Shown in pieces: positions 62,804 through 64,000 of a stretch of 64,000 nt of DNA. This stretch comes from Flavobacteriales bacterium UBA6693 (lineage in GTDB: Bacteria > Bacteroidota > Bacteroidia > Flavobacteriales > Weeksellaceae), in contig DKJL01000010.1 in the NCBI GenBank assembly GCA_002454815.1, forward strand, positions 348,617 to 412,616, written 5' to 3'. Both the position numbers and the translations under genes were made by a program. Under the pieces are notes generated by a model. That model made no database searches. It was given only the letters and a program-made list of their open reading frames with translations, and was not told the DNA's origin. Each line of letters begins with the position of its first letter. Within the stretch, counting starts at the first letter, position 1.

Positions 62804-63832
62804 ATGAGAAAAATGAATAACAAGACCGACGAAACCGATAAACTCAGCATCCCGGTAGGCGTGGTAGGCAGCGGCAGTTTTGCAACCGCTATTGTAAAAA
62901 TGCTGGTGGAAAACAGCGCTGTGGTACATTGGTGTGTCAGAAATGAATTTGTGAAAGGGGCCATAGAACTGCGAGGTCATAACCCCACTTATCTCACTTC
63001 GGTTTCCTTCGAGCAGGAAAGTATAAAGGTTACGACAGATATTAACGAGCTGGTCTCCGCCTGCGAGGTGATCGTGCTGGCAACGCCTTCCATCTACCTT
63101 TCCGATGCAATGGAGAAAATGACGTGCGCGTACGAAAATAAAATCTTCGTCTCTGCCATCAAGGGAATTGTCCCCAAAGTGAACGACGTGGTTGCGCATT
63201 ATTTGCGGGAAGAATTTAAAATCGGCTTTCGCAATCAGGCGGTGATCGCAGGGCCGTGTCACGCGGAAGAAGTTGCCATGGAGCGGCTGTCTTATCTGAC
63301 GGTTGCCGTGGCGGAAGAATCTGTAGCGGAAAAATTGCACGCCTTGTTTTCTTCAGATTTCATTAATGTGCATTGCAGTAAGGATATTCTGGGCAACGAA
63401 TATTCTGCAATTCTTAAAAATATTTATGCTGTTGGGGCCGGCATTTCCAGCGGTCTTGGCTATGGCGATAATTTCACGGCGGTTTTTGTTTCCAATGCAG
63501 TTCGCGAAATGGAAGTTTTTCTGGAAGCCGTTTATGAAGTTCCGCGCGACGTCAATGAAAGTGCCTATCTTGGGGATCTATTGGTTACCGCTTATTCTTT
63601 GTTTTCCCGAAACCGGAATTTAGGCAATCTGATCGGAAAAGGATACACCGTGAAATCTGCGATCCAGTCCATGAATATGGTGGCCGAAGGATATTATGCA
63701 GCAGATTCCGTTTATCACACGTCCAAAGAAAAGAACTTGCAGACGCCGATCATCGATACTATTTACGCGGTGCTGTACGAAGAAAAGAATGCTGAAACCG
63801 AATTTAAAAAACTTACGACGCAACTGAATTAG
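62804..63832 (+). CDS. gpsA: NAD(P)H-dependent glycerol-3-phosphate dehydrogenase
   Basis: Rossmann N-terminus VGVVGSGSFATAIV, plus the GPCHAEEVA and NIYAVGAGISSGLGYGDN blocks. The track start at 62771 is GTG. ATGs lie at 62804 and 62813, so the start is uncertain. Confidence 0.87.
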   Translation: MRKMNNKTDETDKLSIPVGVVGSGSFATAIVKMLVENSAVVHWCVRNEFVKGAIELRGHNPTYLTSVSFEQESIKVTTDINELVSACEVIVLATPSIYLSDAMEKMTCAYENKIFVSAIKGIVPKVNDVVAHYLREEFKIGFRNQAVIAGPCHAEEVAMERLSYLTVAVAEESVAEKLHALFSSDFINVHCSKDILGNEYSAILKNIYAVGAGISSGLGYGDNFTAVFVSNAVREMEVFLEAVYEVPRDVNESAYLGDLLVTAYSLFSRNRNLGNLIGKGYTVKSAIQSMNMVAEGYYAADSVYHTSKEKNLQTPIIDTIYAVLYEEKNAETEFKKLTTQLN

Positions 63833-64000
63833 GAATTGGATTTGACTGAGTTTTATCGGTTTTAGAAAATTGGGAATCCGCAGTATTTTTACTTTTAAAT
63901 TAAATACAACCGAAGAACAGTTTTAATTTACAGATCTAAAAACAAGTGTTTTTTAAGATTAATTGCAGGTTTCCGACCAGTTTTAAAAACGTGTTTTGAT

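Noticed and set aside
62798-63340. 180-aa minus-strand ORF within gpsA
   Set aside because: It is antisense to the gpsA Rossmann domain. Its composition (Arg/His/Phe-rich) is typical of spurious frames.
1-64000. Search for CRISPR arrays, transposases, integrases, phage or conjugation genes, toxin-antitoxin pairs and known defence-system signatures
   Set aside because: No spaced direct repeats were seen. There are no DDE, tyrosine- or serine-recombinase-like ORFs and no small paired ORFs of TA type. Every large ORF is accounted for by housekeeping or envelope functions, and there is no obvious compositional island.

Overview
The window reads as a core chromosomal segment from a Bacteroidota, probably a Flavobacteriia or Chryseobacterium-like organism. 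That placement is inferred from four type-A T9SS C-terminal sorting domains... correction: three such domains, from exact TAnnTTTG -7 promoter boxes, from the lack of Shine-Dalgarno sites, and from the short-form NuoG. About 55 protein genes, one tRNA and roughly a dozen hairpin terminators can be supported.

The dominant feature is a complete 14-gene NADH:quinone oxidoreductase operon, nuoA-N, on the minus strand (29722-43650). The rest is mostly housekeeping:
- Peptidases and protein folding: dcp-like M3 peptidase, M23 peptidase, YugP-type zinc peptidase, slyD-like FKBP.
- Biosynthesis and metabolism: cysteine-synthase-family enzyme, fused pyrE-pyrF, ribD, aroE, gpsA, methylmalonyl-CoA epimerase, mazG.
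- Nucleic-acid and translation functions: ruvX-def, rbfA, tex, topB.
- Two orphan LolE/FtsX-type permeases.

There is also a set of envelope genes: a YfhO plus glycosyltransferase pair, two very large predicted outer-membrane proteins flanking two small T9SS cargo genes, and a T9SS-secreted endonuclease I with tandem FN3 domains.

I found no transposase, integrase, phage gene, CRISPR array, toxin-antitoxin pair or recognisable defence island, so I cannot point to a clear-cut new system. The least-explained items are:
1. A signal-peptide, beta-barrel-like ORF embedded between nuoF and nuoG.
2. A roughly 140-nt GC-rich structured element in the rbfA/mce divergent intergenic region.
3. The 11.2-19.3 kb outer-membrane/T9SS cluster, which includes an M1-peptidase-like protein with no zinc motif.

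All product names come from motifs read in the supplied translations and from recalled family knowledge. No database search was run.
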